From Octopus sinensis (lineage: Eukaryota): DNA of 64,000 nucleotides. Below are positions 39,601-56,052 of the stretch, piece by piece; position 1 is the first letter of the stretch; each line of letters opens with the position of its first letter. The position numbers and the translations under genes are program-made. Below the pieces are notes generated by a model, which worked only from the letters and a program-made list of their open reading frames with translations, had not been told where the DNA came from and ran no database searches. Where the stretch lies: assembly GCF_006345805.1 (NCBI RefSeq), contig NC_042997.1:1674001-1738000 (forward strand), read 5' to 3'.

Positions 39601-40005
39601 CTCTTACACTTTTAACTGATTCAGTCATTTGGATGTGGCCATGCTGGAGCACCGCCTATAGTCGAGCAAATCGACCTCAGGACTTATTCTTTGTAGGCCT
39701 AGTACTAATTCTATCGATCCCTTTTTCGAAACTGCTAAGTTACGGGGACGTAAAAGCACCAGCATCGGTTGTCAAGCGATGTTGGAGGGGACAAGCACAG
39801 AAACACAAACACACACACACACACACATATACACATATATATGGCGGGCTTCTTTCAGTTTCCGTCTACCAAATCCACTCACAAGACTTTGGTCGGCCCA
39901 AGTCTATATTAGAAGTGACTTGCCCAAGGTGCCACGCATTGGGACTGAACCCGGAACTATGCGGTTCGTTAACAAGCTACTTACCACACAGCCACTCCTA
40001 TGCCT
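39601..40005 (-). mobile_element. Family A SINE, full length
   Basis: Reverse complement of 41376-41775. Confidence 0.9.
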
Positions 40006-40393
40006 GTATATATGTATGTATGTATAGATATATATATGTATGTATGGATGAATATATGTATATAGTGCTATTAATCTACGTGGTCAAACAGGCCTATAAT
40101 ATGGCTTAGGTTTCCAAGCAGTCTCTCAGACTTTGACGGTTTGGTTTGTTCTATTTGAAAGTCAAAACGTGTTCAAATAGAACAAGCAATGTGCTTAGAA
40201 CCTGCTTTTGTTTGGATACACAGGAAACGTTTTTAAGTCTACCTAATCTCATGTTTTAATAGTATGCATCTGTTAGCAGTGTACGTTAGTTGATATTTAT
40301 CTTTTTCTGGATGGAATAAATTCTTGTTGATCTTACCTTAACGGAATATTAAAATATATAAGTATATATTCGTTTGTATGTACATGTATATAT

Positions 40394-40468
<75 letters not shown>

Positions 40469-40630
40469 TATTATATATATATATGTTTGTGTGTGCATAT
40501 TCATGTGTGTGTGTGTAAGTATATGTTCATGTATATATATATTATATATATATATATTATACACGTATGAATGTATCTATGTATCTATCTATATATATAT
40601 CTAGCTATCTATCTATCTAGCTATATATAT

Positions 40631-40717
<87 letters not shown>

Positions 40718-41375
40718 GTGTGTGTGTGTGCTCCTGTCCGTATGTGCATATGTGTGCATTTCTGTTTGTGCGGGGAGAAAAGCGGTAAATTCGAATGAAA
40801 ATGATACTTCTACTGTGTCCGGTAGAATTATCACCAATTATTAATCTCACGGCTACTTCCCATTGCTATCTTACAGGATGCCTGTAATAAGCAGTAAAGT
40901 ATTTGTTTCCGTATACATATCTATAATGTTTGAAAGTTGAACCCAGATGATATTTCATAAATGAAACCAGAAAATTGTAAGCAGTGACTAGGTATTACAG
41001 AGCAAGAAAGTGAGTAAATGTTACAATTTAAAATATTTTAAGCAGATGAAATATACTAGAAATGCAGTTCTACTATATTCCATTTAATTGTTTGGTGGTG
41101 TTGCCTTCGAAGGTAAACCTTTGGATATGAAGACAATAGTATTAATTACGCTTTCTTGGATACAGAAGATACGTCAAAAACAGATCTCTGAGAAAGGATA
41201 ATGACCTATCAGCAGCAGTCAGAGGTAACTCTGCGTGATATTTGAATCATTAGATGTCAGATATATTGATTTCCAAAATTTCTAACTCTCTACTAATCTC
41301 AAGCAGTCTCTCAGCGTGAAACAATATGGGAATATCCAATAATTCATGAAGGCTGACTATTAGGATATACATATA

Positions 41376-41546
41376 GGCGCAGGAGTGGCTGTGTAGTAAG
41401 TAGCTTGTTTACCAAGCACATGGTTCCGGGTTCAGTCCTACTGCGTGGCACCTTCGGCAAGTGTCTTCTACTATAGCCTCGGGCCGACCAAAGCCTTGTG
41501 AGTGGATTTGGTAGACGGAAACTGAAAGGAGCCCGTCGTATATATG

Positions 41547-41577
<31 letters not shown>

Positions 41578-41775
41578 TTGTGTGTCTGTGTTTGTCCCCC
41601 TAGCATTGCTTGACAACCGATGCTGGTGTGTTTATGTCCCCGTTAATTAGCGGTTCGGCAAAAGAGACCGATAGAATAAGTACTGGACTTACAAAAGAAT
41701 AAGTCTCGGGGTCGAGTTGCTCGATTAAAGGCGGTGCTCCAGCATGGCCGCAGTCAAATGACTGAAACAAGTAAA
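41376..41775 (+). mobile_element. Family A SINE, full length (tRNA-like head, CORE-like ACCTT(G/C)GGCAAGT, internal TA/TG microsatellite)
   Basis: GGCGCAGGAGTGGCTGTGTAGTAAG A-box region, GGTTCAGTCC B-box-like; many copies in the window. Confidence 0.9.
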
Positions 41776-42062
41776 AAAATATATATATATATATACAAGA
41801 AGTGTGATATACAAACGAAAGCCTTAAACAATTTTGGATCACATGTTTTGCGGTTAGCACTTCAGATGGTTATTCACGGCGTGATATATACATATACAAA
41901 GGGATTATATATATATATACATACGTACGTACATACATACATACATACATACATACATACATACATACAGACAGACATATATATATATTATATATAATAT
42001 ATATATATATATTATAATATATATATATATTATATATATATATATATAATATATATATATAC

Positions 42063-42118
<56 letters not shown>

Positions 42119-42125
42119 TATATAT

Positions 42126-43030
42126 AAATTTAAAATTGAGGATAAAATCTTTATAAGAAATTATCAGTAGTTAGCGTGAAAAAGCTCGTAAGAGAAAAAT
42201 CCGTAAATTTTTCCACTTTGAAAATATTTATTTATATTATATAGAGGGTACTACTTTTCATAGATACCGCATGCTAGGAGGGACCCTTGCGGTCAAAAGT
42301 ACTAAAATAAACAAATTGTACCGAATGCAAAACTTCAAAGCAAGTCAAAAAGTCAAGAGGTACAAAAAGAAAGTAAAAATGATTTCTAATAATGATTCCC
42401 AATATTCATAATCCCACTCCGAGTAAGAATATGAAAATATTAGTTGAAAAATATAGTTACAGGTATAAATATACCATAAAGAATTATACAAAAATGGAGG
42501 AGAAAAAGATGTTGCATCAAAATTAGATTTAATACAAAATAGGATTCAATACATACGTGCGTTTCAAAGGACAATACAAATATGCAACAAAAAATTATAA
42601 TCATACTAATTATAAATAAATTTATGCATTGTCGTTCTCAGCAGTGTGAAGAATTTTTGGAAGGACATCAAAAACGGTTTAATAAAATTAAGTAAATTAA
42701 AATGAGATACAATAAGGGAGAATACAAAGGGGGTAATATGGAAAGATCGGATATTTACAAGCAAGTTGTAAAAGGGAAAAATAACAGTAATAATAATAGT
42801 GAGACAGACGAAAGGGAAAAAAGGCAGACGTATCACTGCGTATGCACGTCTATATATGCAGTAACCTATATATAAAAATAAGAATAAAATCTATATTCTG
42901 CATGTATAGCAGAATATAACGTAACAATTATACTAGCAGAACACCCTAGAGATATTAACATATGCATATTGATATTGATATTAATATTAATATTAATGTA
43001 TTAATATTTTATCAATATTGAAAAACGAAT
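42126..43030 (-). mobile_element. Unclassified ~0.9-kb segment between microsatellites, containing a mutated long-stem hammerhead (42545-42650)
   Basis: Minus strand TTCACA-CTGCTGA-GAACGACAATGCA...TGTATTGTCCTTT-GAAAC-GCAC-GTA-TGTATTGAA. Confidence 0.55.
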
Positions 43031-43063
<33 letters not shown>

Positions 43064-43064
43064 C

Positions 43065-43124
<60 letters not shown>

Positions 43125-43137
43125 ATATATCACATGA

Positions 43138-43381
43138 GGCTAAAAATGATAGGCAACGCTGTCTGAAAAATATTACAACATATAAGTAAAATTGTACATA
43201 GAAATAGAAAAAAAACGAAAAAGAACTTAACGAGAAAATATTGATCACAGACAAAACCGGCCGGTGTATCCAAGAGATCTACCATACTCAAAAACTAGCC
43301 CGGGGTAGGGGAGGCAATCAGAAAATAGAAACGAATATATGGAGGAGAAAATTATTATAAATTTACAAGTGATAGAGAAAA
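43138..43381 (-). repeat. Second copy of the 37105-37352 repeat
   Basis: Direct comparison; few substitutions. Confidence 0.9.
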
Positions 43382-43412
43382 CGTATATTCTTAACACGTA
43401 ATGATATACTGT

Positions 43413-43489
<77 letters not shown>

Positions 43490-43802
43490 CATAACATACA
43501 CGTATACACAAACAAGTGCATATATTCACACATACACATACAGGGGTGCAAGTGTGAAGGAAGGATCAACAAGTAAAATAAATAAGTACGTATTGACATA
43601 AAGGTATATAAATACATATACATATAGACACATATACACACATATACATATATATATACCTACACACACACACACACATATATATATTTATATGTACATA
43701 TATATACATATACACATATACACAATATATACTTACACACACATACAAACATACATAGAACATGAAACATGCACATACAAGTAAACACGCATATTGGTTG
43801 AC

Positions 43803-44160
43803 ATTCAGTCGGTTACGACGACGAGGGTCCCAATTGATACGATCAATGGGAAAGTCTACTCGTGAAATGAACGTGCAAGTGGCTGAGCACTCCACAGACA
43901 CGTGTGCCCTTAACGTAGTTCTCGGGAAGATGTTGCGTGACACAGTGTGTGACAAGGCTGGCCCTTCAAAATACAGGTACAACTGATAAAGGAAGGGAGA
44001 GTGAGAGAAAATAGTGGTGAAAAGTACAGCAGGGTTCGCCATCACCCCTGCCGGAGCCTCGTAGTGCTTTAGGTGTTTTTGCTCAATAAAAAATCACAAC
44101 GCTCGGTCTGGGAATCGAAACTGCGACCCTAAGACCGCGAGTCCTCTGCCCTAACCACTG
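43803..44160 (-). mobile_element. tRNA-derived SINE (family C)
   Basis: Minus strand head CAGTGGTTAGGGCAGAGGACTCGCGG...GTTTCGATTCCC (A/B-box-like). Confidence 0.78.
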
Positions 44161-45496
44161 ATAAAACAAGTATACGTACATACAAAATATAACAAAAATT
44201 GGAAGAACATAATAGGTGACAATAAAACATCCGGACAGCTGGACGATACAAAAAAGGACAAGAAAATCAAGGATGTGTCATTCGTAGCTTTCTATCTTTA
44301 GTTGAGTTACATATCGTCGTTGCAGTTTCAGCCAATTACACTCGAGATTGCTCTAATCGGGCCGACCCCCCCCAAAAAAAATCTAAGGAGCACAAGATTC
44401 TTTGGAAGAAAGCAAGCGAATGTATACGAAAACAGGAATGAAAAAACGGAGAAATGGTACACAATTACAAATTCAAACAGGACATTAACAACAGGTGTCT
44501 TTCGACTAAGAACGAATTAAATTAAACTGGTGTGTGTGGAGTGAAGCCTTACGGCAGGAACATAAGTCGCCTTCACACTTTCTTCGTTCTTTACACTTTT
44601 CTTTTCCTCGTATGAATGCATGTGTGAGTTTGTGTGTTTGTGTGTATGCATGTTTGCATGTGTGCGTGTTTGTGTGTGTATGATTGCCTGTGCCTGCGCC
44701 TCTGTGTGTGCGTATTATGCCTTTCTGCCTATATTGGTGAGTGTGTGCACGTGTAAGCTTGTATTATGAATAGATTTGTGTCCTTCGGCAAAAATTGTTA
44801 TTTCGTATGTGCTTACTTCATGAAAGTATGAACAACATCCAACTTTGCTTTTGTTACATTTATTCAAACACTGAACAATCTCTCTTAACACATGGCTATG
44901 ATGTTCCTTTGCTACTTCTGTTCATGATTGGAGAAGCTCATACTGTCAGCCACTAAGAGAAATGGTTAAGGTGAAGAAAATGAATACCAAATCTGTGGTA
45001 CCGAGCAGAATATTTGCTATAACGATATTTCTGCTTCAGCAATTTAGCGCTGAATCTCTCTGAAATAATTCAGTTTCAAAACATTGATGGTCAAATCACA
45101 AAAGCAATGTTTGAATGGAATGGTTGTCATTTCCTTTGATTTCTAGATAGTAGCAAATAGGAAATAACACTTACTGACCAAAGACAAAAAACTAAAAATG
45201 TTGTTACATAGTAGACTATAAACATCCAACCACATATTACACAACGTTTAAAAGACTCCAAACCAACCACATTTATTCCATTCAGCCATTCATTAAAATG
45301 TTTCCATTCAGTCATAAAAGTTTATCTATGACATTTCACAAATACTACTGACACCAACCCAAACGTTTCATTTTGTACCTTAACAAGTGGCCAGTACCAA
45401 AATCTAAACAATAGCAAACCTCCTTACACGGACACCCAACTACCCACAAGTGTACACATACTTATTTGCATTTCACAAATAACAATAATAATAATT

Positions 45497-45690
45497 TTGT
45501 TTCTTTATTACCCACAAGGGGCTAAACATAGAGGGGACAAACAATGACAAGCACACGGATTAAGTCGATTACATTGACCCCAGTGCGTAACTGGTACTTA
45601 ATTTATCGACCCCGAAAGGGGAATTTGAACTCAGAACGTAACGGCAAACGAAATACAGCTACGCATTTCGCCCGGCCTGCTAACGTTTCT
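45497..45690 (-). mobile_element. Family B SINE with internal deletion
   Basis: Matches the reverse complement of 5924-6150 but lacks the GCCTTTCATCC block. Confidence 0.82.
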
Positions 45691-45701
45691 ACGAGATCGC
45701 C

Positions 45702-47926
<2,225 letters not shown>

Positions 47927-48834
47927 ATGCACATCCATACATACAAACACTGGCACAAAGTCAGAATGCACACACAATGAGACAGGTACACACACGCACA
48001 CACACACACACACAAAAAACACACTCACACAGACACTCACACAAAAACACTCACACGCAAACACATGAAAATGCAGAATACAAATGTACAAATATACATA
48101 TATACATACGCACACATACTAATACGTACATGCCAACACACACTTACATGCATATATAATACATACTTGTGTATGCGCACACACACTGACCTACACACAG
48201 GCGCACAAACGAACGAAAAGAACGCCTCTTGAATAACGGGCAGAGTCAAAAGCTATTGAAAAGGTTAACGAAACGAAAATTTTAGAAATATAAATAGGTA
48301 AATGTGTTGAAATTTTACCGGTGGGTGTGTTAACTTACGAGGCCCTAAAGGGAACAACTCGCCTTAGACACAACAGAGTACATATCTAGATATTATAATA
48401 ATCAAAAGGAAAATGCACATGTTTACATAGTTTCACTATGTTTTATATGGTAGTGTATTGTGATAGTCGACCAGTTTCGCAGTTTGCTAATTATGACGTT
48501 GAATTTTTTTTTGTAATTTCGTATATTCTCAAGAAGATTTTAGTCAATGTTCTTTTTAATTCGTGATCGCATACCAATTAGTGTACGTATTTTATCATAG
48601 TACTTTAACATAGGTGTTTATAGAGATTTATTCAACCCCAAATATGCAATTGTCTTCTCTGTCTCCAACAATAACAATAACCAATTACCTCACCTTAGAT
48701 ATTATTTTATTCATGCTGATTTAATTACAAATTTCCAAAGGAAAACATGGACACAAACTGTCATAAGAAAATTTGAAATTGAAATAATTTCAATAACATG
48801 ATTAGCGAAAGGCGAAGCCTGTCCACTATCACAA

Positions 48835-49010
48835 TACTCTACCATATAAATTATATTAAATTATATTTATACTCTACCATATAAAATATATTAAATTATA
48901 TATATATATACTCTACCATATAAAATATATTAAATTATATATATATACTACCATATAAAATATATTAAATTATATATATACTCTACCATATAAAATATAT
49001 TAAATTAAAT
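48835..49010 (+). repeat. AT-rich minisatellite, about 5 units of ~35-39 bp (TACTCTACCATATAAAATATATTAAATTA(TA)n)
   Basis: Directly visible; unit length varies with the (TA)n tail. Confidence 0.92.
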
Positions 49011-51401
49011 ATAAATTTTGATTATATATTTTTGCCTTACAACTCACCATTTGGGGATAATCGCTTCATCGAAATTCTTTATTTACTATATAGAAGTGTG
49101 AGTGTGGGGGGGTGTTTGTAAATGTATTTTGGTTATAAAATCACTAGGTAAGTTAGCAAACAATGGATTTTGCCATACTGTCACATAGTGGTAAGGAACA
49201 GCTCTCGAATGAAGATATAAAGATACTTTATATACATAATCCGAATTGAAAATTTGAATAATCAATAGACATATATTTTTGAAAAAACACTGAAAGAAGT
49301 AGAAAGCATTCAGTTTTAGAATGATACACAATTTTTTTTTATATATTTGCTGTGTTATAAAAAGAAACACAAGCTAAAAGCAACTACTTTACATGTTATA
49401 CAAATGGCAGCTGGTTTTAGAAAAGTTTATTTCTGCTAGCGACGACATTTACTTAAGAAAAAATAAGACAAATGAAACCCACTGTCTATCATAGACAATT
49501 TTCTTCTGAAACAATCCACGCACACACACACTAACACACATACACACACGCATTAACAGGAACATACAGACCCATACACACACACACACACACACCACAC
49601 ACACACACATATATAAATATATGACATATAGAGAGAGACTTGCGGTGATGCGGAGAAAGACATACATACATATATATATGTGTGTGTGTGTATGACGATA
49701 TATAAACATGTGTGTATATTGACACACACACACACACACACATGAGTGTGCGTGGGAACATTCACTTACACTTCAAATGCACGGATATAGAAATTTAATT
49801 AACTGTTATACATATATACAATTGAATGAATGTGACAGCTATTGTGAATGAGTAATTTAAATCATATACGAATATATCACCTCAGGTATCCGATGCATTG
49901 ACATTCTGTGTATGAAGAACGCCCTTGTAACTCTAATGTCAACGAAATTAGGGCCACGCATATATATGTATGTATGTATAACTACCTCGAACCCACAAGA
50001 GTAAAATAAAGAGAGATAGAGAAATACAGAAAGAAGGAAAATGCCCCGTGTATTTGTATGCTATGGAAATGTATAAAAAAACACATTTCACACGTTTTCT
50101 GTTTGATTGTTGCAAATTGTTTTTAAAACTGTGTACGTCATTTATATCCGCCTCAACGCTTTCCTATACGTATGCATGTATATATACATGTGTGTGTGTG
50201 CGTATGCTTGTGTTTGTGTGTATGGATCTTTCACGGAACCTCCCCAACCTAGACACTAATATCAAAGCGTGAATTAAGCATAATAATATTATCTACGAAG
50301 AAAAATATCAAAATATGTAACCGCCCCAAACCATGAATCCATAAACGATTACTTCGTTAAAAGACATCTCAGTATACAATATTCGCAAACAAGTAAAACA
50401 AAAATGTGTATCTATCATCAGCTGCCAAATGAATATCGCGATGGTTTTGACACCTGAGGAGTTCCATTCAATTCAGTAGTGTTAACAGCATTAAAACATG
50501 AAGGCTGCCTGCAATTCAAGTATAACCACTACGAAGGAAAGATTAATGTAGTATATCAATGACACCATTATCTGCTTATAGCTACAAGTAACATCAAATT
50601 TGTGTATATGTATATGTATGTATAATTCCTTTAGAATACATCAAATGGCTTATAATAGGTACCGATCAGATACTAATTCTGAAAATCTTAGTTCCAATCA
50701 GAGAAGTAATCCACGTAAATGAGAGGAAGATTGTCTATGATATTGATAAGCAGTACATTATTGCACCAAAAAACATTTATATAACGTTGTGCAAATTCGC
50801 ATACAAATAATAAAGCAGAAAGCATGAAAATTCATATTTAGGAAGATTAACAGATATGTCATGTACTAAAATTAATTATTTTCTCTATTTTCGCTATCGC
50901 CTTGTTTTCTGTTAAATTATTTTCGTATGCACATTTGCGTAACATTTTTATGTTTTGATGCCATAAATAATTACTTGTCTACTTTTTATTTCATCTTAAT
51001 ACACCCACACATATACATACATATACTCACACACATGAAAACACAGATACACACACACATACACATATTCGTTTATGTGCTTATGTGGACTCTGCGTCTG
51101 TGTATCTGTTATTTTGTATAGAACATAGAAATCAAATGCGTATTTATTCAAAGAGTTTTTGATATTACATTCTACAAAATGAACTCTCCTTTCATTCAAT
51201 AAATGAATTTTATTAAGAAATATAAAATTATAACATTGTTTACAACAGAATATCTACTTCATTTCACCATCAAATAGTGAGCAGGTGTGTTATGAAACGC
51301 TTTCAAACACATGTAACTATATGTGATTTTTCACAGTGCAGTGCCATGCACACGCTGGTACAAGTTAAATTAAAACTACATACATACATACATATATAAA
51401 T

Positions 51402-51467
<66 letters not shown>

Positions 51468-52196
51468 TATATATATATGCATGTATATATATATATATAT
51501 ATATATATGCACATATATATATATATACATGCATGTATATATGTGTATATCTGTATGTGTATTTATAAACACACACATTTAAAAATATACATATAAGTCT
51601 ATTCATGTATGTGTTTGTGTTTGTGTGCGTGTCTACATATAAACTCCACGCACGTAGACATCTAGTACTCACTCACATACGCACACATATATAAGTGATT
51701 AAATTCAGCTGTCAAGTTTGTTTGTAATCTGAGCTTGCTATATAAATGATTCATCGCTTTCAATCGCTAATGAATCCTCGAGGGATCTCCTTGATTTTGC
51801 TGTTCAGAAAACTTGTGAAAAGAATTGAAACTTCAAACAGTTTGCAAGCGGCATAAACAATGGTAAATAATTAAAGAAATAAACCAAACCTCGAAAAGAA
51901 AAATAATTAAATGATGAAATGAAGAAATTCTTTCATAGTCTTGAGTTTCTTATTCCAAGTGAAGAAACCAGAAATGTGTTCATAAAGCAATACTTTTATC
52001 AATTTGTCTATTTGCTTTCTGTTTTTATTCAGCTTTTATGTCTCGTGAGGCAGCAATCTATTAAAAGAAAAGCCGAGGACTTTATAAAGCGGCGTAGCAG
52101 CAGCAACGAGAGCAGTAGCAACGGCAGCAGCCGCTGTGACAGCAGCAGCATTGGTGATATTATCTGTAGTAGTAGTAGTAGTTTTAGTCGAAGTAC

Positions 52197-52252
<56 letters not shown>

Positions 52253-52424
52253 TAGACGTAATATTCTTTCCAATATTATTACTGAAATAAATAAAACAAG
52301 AGACTGAAAACACTGAGACCACAGTCGTAGACGAAAATAAAGAAGAAAGCAATAAGACATTTTGTGTTTTCGACTTATTTATACAAACAAAAAATATGAG
52401 CAAGAGAATGAAAACAGGAACTGA

Positions 52425-52472
52425 TTATGTTGATGACGATGGTGATGATGATGATGATGATGATGATGATGC

Positions 52473-52507
<35 letters not shown>

Positions 52508-52542
52508 CTGATGCTGATGAAGACGAAGAAGAAGAAGATGAA

Positions 52543-52592
<50 letters not shown>

Positions 52593-52594
52593 CA

Positions 52595-52628
<34 letters not shown>

Positions 52629-52654
52629 CGATGATGATGATGATGATGATGATA

Positions 52655-52689
<35 letters not shown>

Positions 52690-52748
52690 GACGAAGAAGA
52701 AAAAGAAGAAGAAGTTGATGATGATGATGATGATGATGAAGAAGAAGT
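52425..52748. repeat. (GAT)n/(GAA)n compound microsatellite
   Basis: Directly visible; gives the poly-D and poly-M ORFs. Confidence 0.95.
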
Positions 52749-52807
52749 GAGTTGTAGTTGATGTTTACTCCTTAATCATCCCTAAACGAATAGAATTATG
52801 ATCAAGA

Positions 52808-53200
52808 GGCGTAGGAGTGGTTGTGTGGTAATTAGCTTACTTACCAACCACATGGTTCCGTCCTACTACGTGGCACCTTGGGCAAGTGTCTTCTAGTATA
52901 GCCTCGGGCCGACCAAAGCCTTGTGAGTGGATTTGGTAGACGGAAACTGAAAGAAGCCTGTCGTATATATGTATATATATGTATGTATGTGTGTATATGT
53001 TTTTCCCCTCAACATCACTTGGCAACCGATGCTGGTATGTTTACGTCCCCGTAGCATAGCGGTTCGGCAAAAGAGACCGATAGAATAAGTACTAGGCTTA
53101 CAGAGAATAAGTTCTGGGGTCGCTTTGCTCGACTAAAGGCTGTGCTCCAGCATGGCCGCAGTCACATGACTGAAGCAAGTAAAAGAGTAAAAGAGAGTAA
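52808..53200 (+). mobile_element. Family A SINE, full length with (GAGTAAAA)n tail
   Basis: Matches 41376-41775. Confidence 0.9.
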
Positions 53201-53542
53201 GAGCTGTCATAGCCCTACAATACTAATTCTAGTCACAAATTCTAGTACTACATTGCATAAAGTGCTTTATTTTTGGTGAAGGTATGAATATGTGACTATT
53301 ATGTCTGGGAAGCAGAGCAGCAGCATAGATACCTAAAGAACATTTGAAAAGAAATTAAATAAATAAATAAATAAAATCTGCGAAAGATAATGCTAGAATA
53401 GATGCAGAAGTAATTAAAATGTTTAACCACACAACTCTACACAAACGCATCAGAAAAACAAATTGGGAAGGAAATTCGTACATTAGCAACCGTTTATAAT
53501 AGAGGCGCACGATTTAAAATTATTTTTTACGCTAGGCACATG

Positions 53543-53680
53543 TGGTACTTAATTTATCGACTCTGAAAGGATGAAAGACAAAGTCGAACTCTGCGGAATT
53601 TGAAATCAGAACGTAACGGCAGGCGAAATATCGCTAGGTATTTCGCCTGGTATGCTAACGATTCTGCCAGCTCGCCACCA
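53543..53680 (-). mobile_element. Family B SINE 5' half
   Basis: Reverse complement of the head and core of 5924-6060. Confidence 0.82.
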
Positions 53681-53778
53681 TTCTGCTCTAGAATTATTAA
53701 TAATAAAATAAACGATGATGATAATGATGATGATGATGATGATGAAAGAGAGGAGTAAGGAAGGAGGCGGAGTAGGCA

Positions 53779-53823
<45 letters not shown>

Positions 53824-54064
53824 ATTTCTAATAAGTACCACCTACAGAAGATATTTATAACAAGTATCACGTACACACATACACACTACGTGAATTTTGT
53901 TTTAGTGTATGACAAACACAATCTTTTCTCTTTAATTTTTATAGCAAATTAAATTGATATTGAATAGCATTCAAGTATTCTCATATCCTTTATACACTTT
54001 CATACTTCTTTTTAATACCCCTACCTTTCTATACGTAAGTTCTCAATTTGTTTTGCAAATATAC

Positions 54065-54150
<86 letters not shown>

Positions 54151-54589
54151 ATATGTCATGTGAATGAAGGGAATAAAAAAGACAGTCAAAACCAGCTAAG
54201 TATCTAGTGATCCTAAAAAGTCATTGCATATAAAGCCAAATCAACGGAAAGTAGTACTAACAGGGAACCTGATCAGAGGTATCAACGTTACTGCACAAGA
54301 TTTCTGGAAGGGACAAACGAAAACCTGGTAACTTGAATAGAAAACCTAGGAACGTATTCAGGCATTATCCTATTTATCAAGGTAGGAAGAAAAGTATTTG
54401 TTGGAACTGAGGATAGAGTTGTGAAATAGATGAAGTCCGTAATCGAGACGGTATCCAAAAGGAACTGGAATTTTGCAATACTATTTTATTCACTTAGTTT
54501 TATATGTTTACACTTTTATTGCCTCCATAGTATTCGTCATTTTAAGCAATGCGCCAGTCTAGACGCGTTTTCCACTGTTCAGAACAGAA

Positions 54590-55022
54590 CTGAAACTCAT
54601 ACTAAGTGATTCCTTTTAACTCCACTGTCATTTTTTTTCTCCACCATTTATTCATCAATAATGGCCCTCAAAAAAAAAAGGTCCGGATCAATTTCCGACT
54701 ATTCTCTCAGTTTACGACACACCTGTAGTCGTGACCTCTTTTGATCTTCCGTATGCAAGCAAGGCACAAATTCTGCTTTAGCTATTTTCATTCAAAATTC
54801 TTCGCTCAATATTCGTTGGTAGGAGCTCCAGGACACACCAGTCATATCAATAAGTTCGTCAATTGTGCGGTGATGGTTCTCCAAGGTCACTTCGTGAATT
54901 TTCATGGTTTCATTCGTTCCAGAGGTCAATGGTCACCAAGAATGATGTTGGTCTTCAAGCTACAAGTGACCATTCCTAAAGCGTGAAAATGACTGGTAAA
55001 CCTTGTTTTGCTCATGGCAGTC
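54590..55022 (-). mobile_element. Mariner remnant (N-terminal HTH region) plus possible terminal fragment
   Basis: Minus strand AMSKT...FSRFRNG..LEDQ...RTIDELIDMTGVSWSSYQRILSEEF*MKIAKAEFVP (WVP-like motif) at 54745-55022. Confidence 0.75.
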
Positions 55023-55504
55023 GCATTGTTAGCTTTTTAGACGTAATACTGAAATAGTGCAAGAGATAAGATATTGGTCTGGGATCGCATTAGGCAAAAA
55101 GTTGGAAATTTATTTGGCCCATGACGCTGCACTGATTTTGGCTTTTGCATTTGATGACTGCTGCTTTAAGTATTCTATTTCGATGTTATGTAATCATGTA
55201 TGTATGAGATAATGAGGGAGACCACTACATGGTAGCTAGACCTGGTAGTAATAGCAGACAAATCTCCCTCAAAACAATCTTAATCCAACAATTCTGCCTA
55301 TTATGTAGTTTGAATGAAAAACTGTAACTAAATATTAAGATTATTAACTCCAAACTTGGAGGGTGTTAAGTTGTGCAAATGCTTGGTGATTGTCTGTGGT
55401 GGTTACTTTTGACTGTTTCTTCTCAATAGGGATAATTCATTGATAACGAATCTTAACACGATATATATATATGCATATGCATATACAAATTCAAGTAGAA
55501 TCAG

Positions 55505-55815
55505 ACATCATAAGAAAGACAGCGACAGGAAAGACGAGAGACAGCATAGAGACAGTTTTGGCTGACTGTCATCCTGTACTCCCTTGTTGCTAGCGAAATG
55601 GTATGTGCCGGCTGTCTGAGCAAACACATTGCTTTTAATAGTCAAACAAGCAGGACAAAAGATTACAAAAATAGCGATTCTCACTTCGAAACTAACAATT
55701 TTCAAAATCTCTTTAAATTACGGAACGCCCCGCTCTCTCTTGTATCCATGCTTTAAATTTCAGCGTGATCGAATGAACTACACTCGAGTTATAAGCGTAC
55801 AGACAGAACGCATTA
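55505..55815 (+). mobile_element. Possible non-autonomous Helentron/DINE-like remnant
   Basis: AAATTTCAGCGTGATCG...GAGTTATAAGCGTACAGACAG followed by (TA)n recalls DINE-1/HINE-type cores; no termini verified. Confidence 0.3.
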
Positions 55816-55904
55816 TATATATATATATATATATCTGTGTGTGTGTGTGTATATATACATATATGTGTGTGTATGTATATATGTGTATGTATTTGTGCAT
55901 GTAT

Positions 55905-56052
55905 TCTCCCATCTTTTGACAACCGATGTTGGTGCGTTTCCGTCCCCATAACTTACCGCTTCGGCGAAAGAATAAGTCCTGGGGTCCACTTGTTTAAGGA
56001 AAGGCGGTGTTTAAGCATGGTTGCATTCAAATGACTGAAACAAGTAAAAGAA
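55905..56052 (+). mobile_element. Family A SINE 3' fragment
   Basis: TTGACAACCGATGTTGGTG...GAATAAGTCCTGGGGTC...ATGACTGAAACAAGTAAAAGA. Confidence 0.75.

Noticed and set aside
44270-44310. Minus-strand CTAAAGA-TAG/CTA-CGAAT hammerhead-like string
   Set aside because: Both boxes are mutated; cannot be separated from chance without a family consensus.
48330-48365. CTTACGA-GGCCC-TAAA-GGG-AACAAC hammerhead-like string
   Set aside because: No GAAA box and a mutated first box.
48835-49010. Regularly spaced repeats, CRISPR-like at first glance
   Set aside because: No unique spacers; eukaryotic context; simple minisatellite.
52396-52761. Poly-Asp/Glu ORF resembling an acidic biomineralisation protein
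   Set aside because: Almost pure (GAT)n/(GAA)n with little codon variation, no signal peptide or splice support.
54342-54390. Minus-strand TTGATAA-ATAGG..CCT-GAATACGTTC hammerhead-like string in a (TA)n-adjacent segment
   Set aside because: Too many core changes to support.
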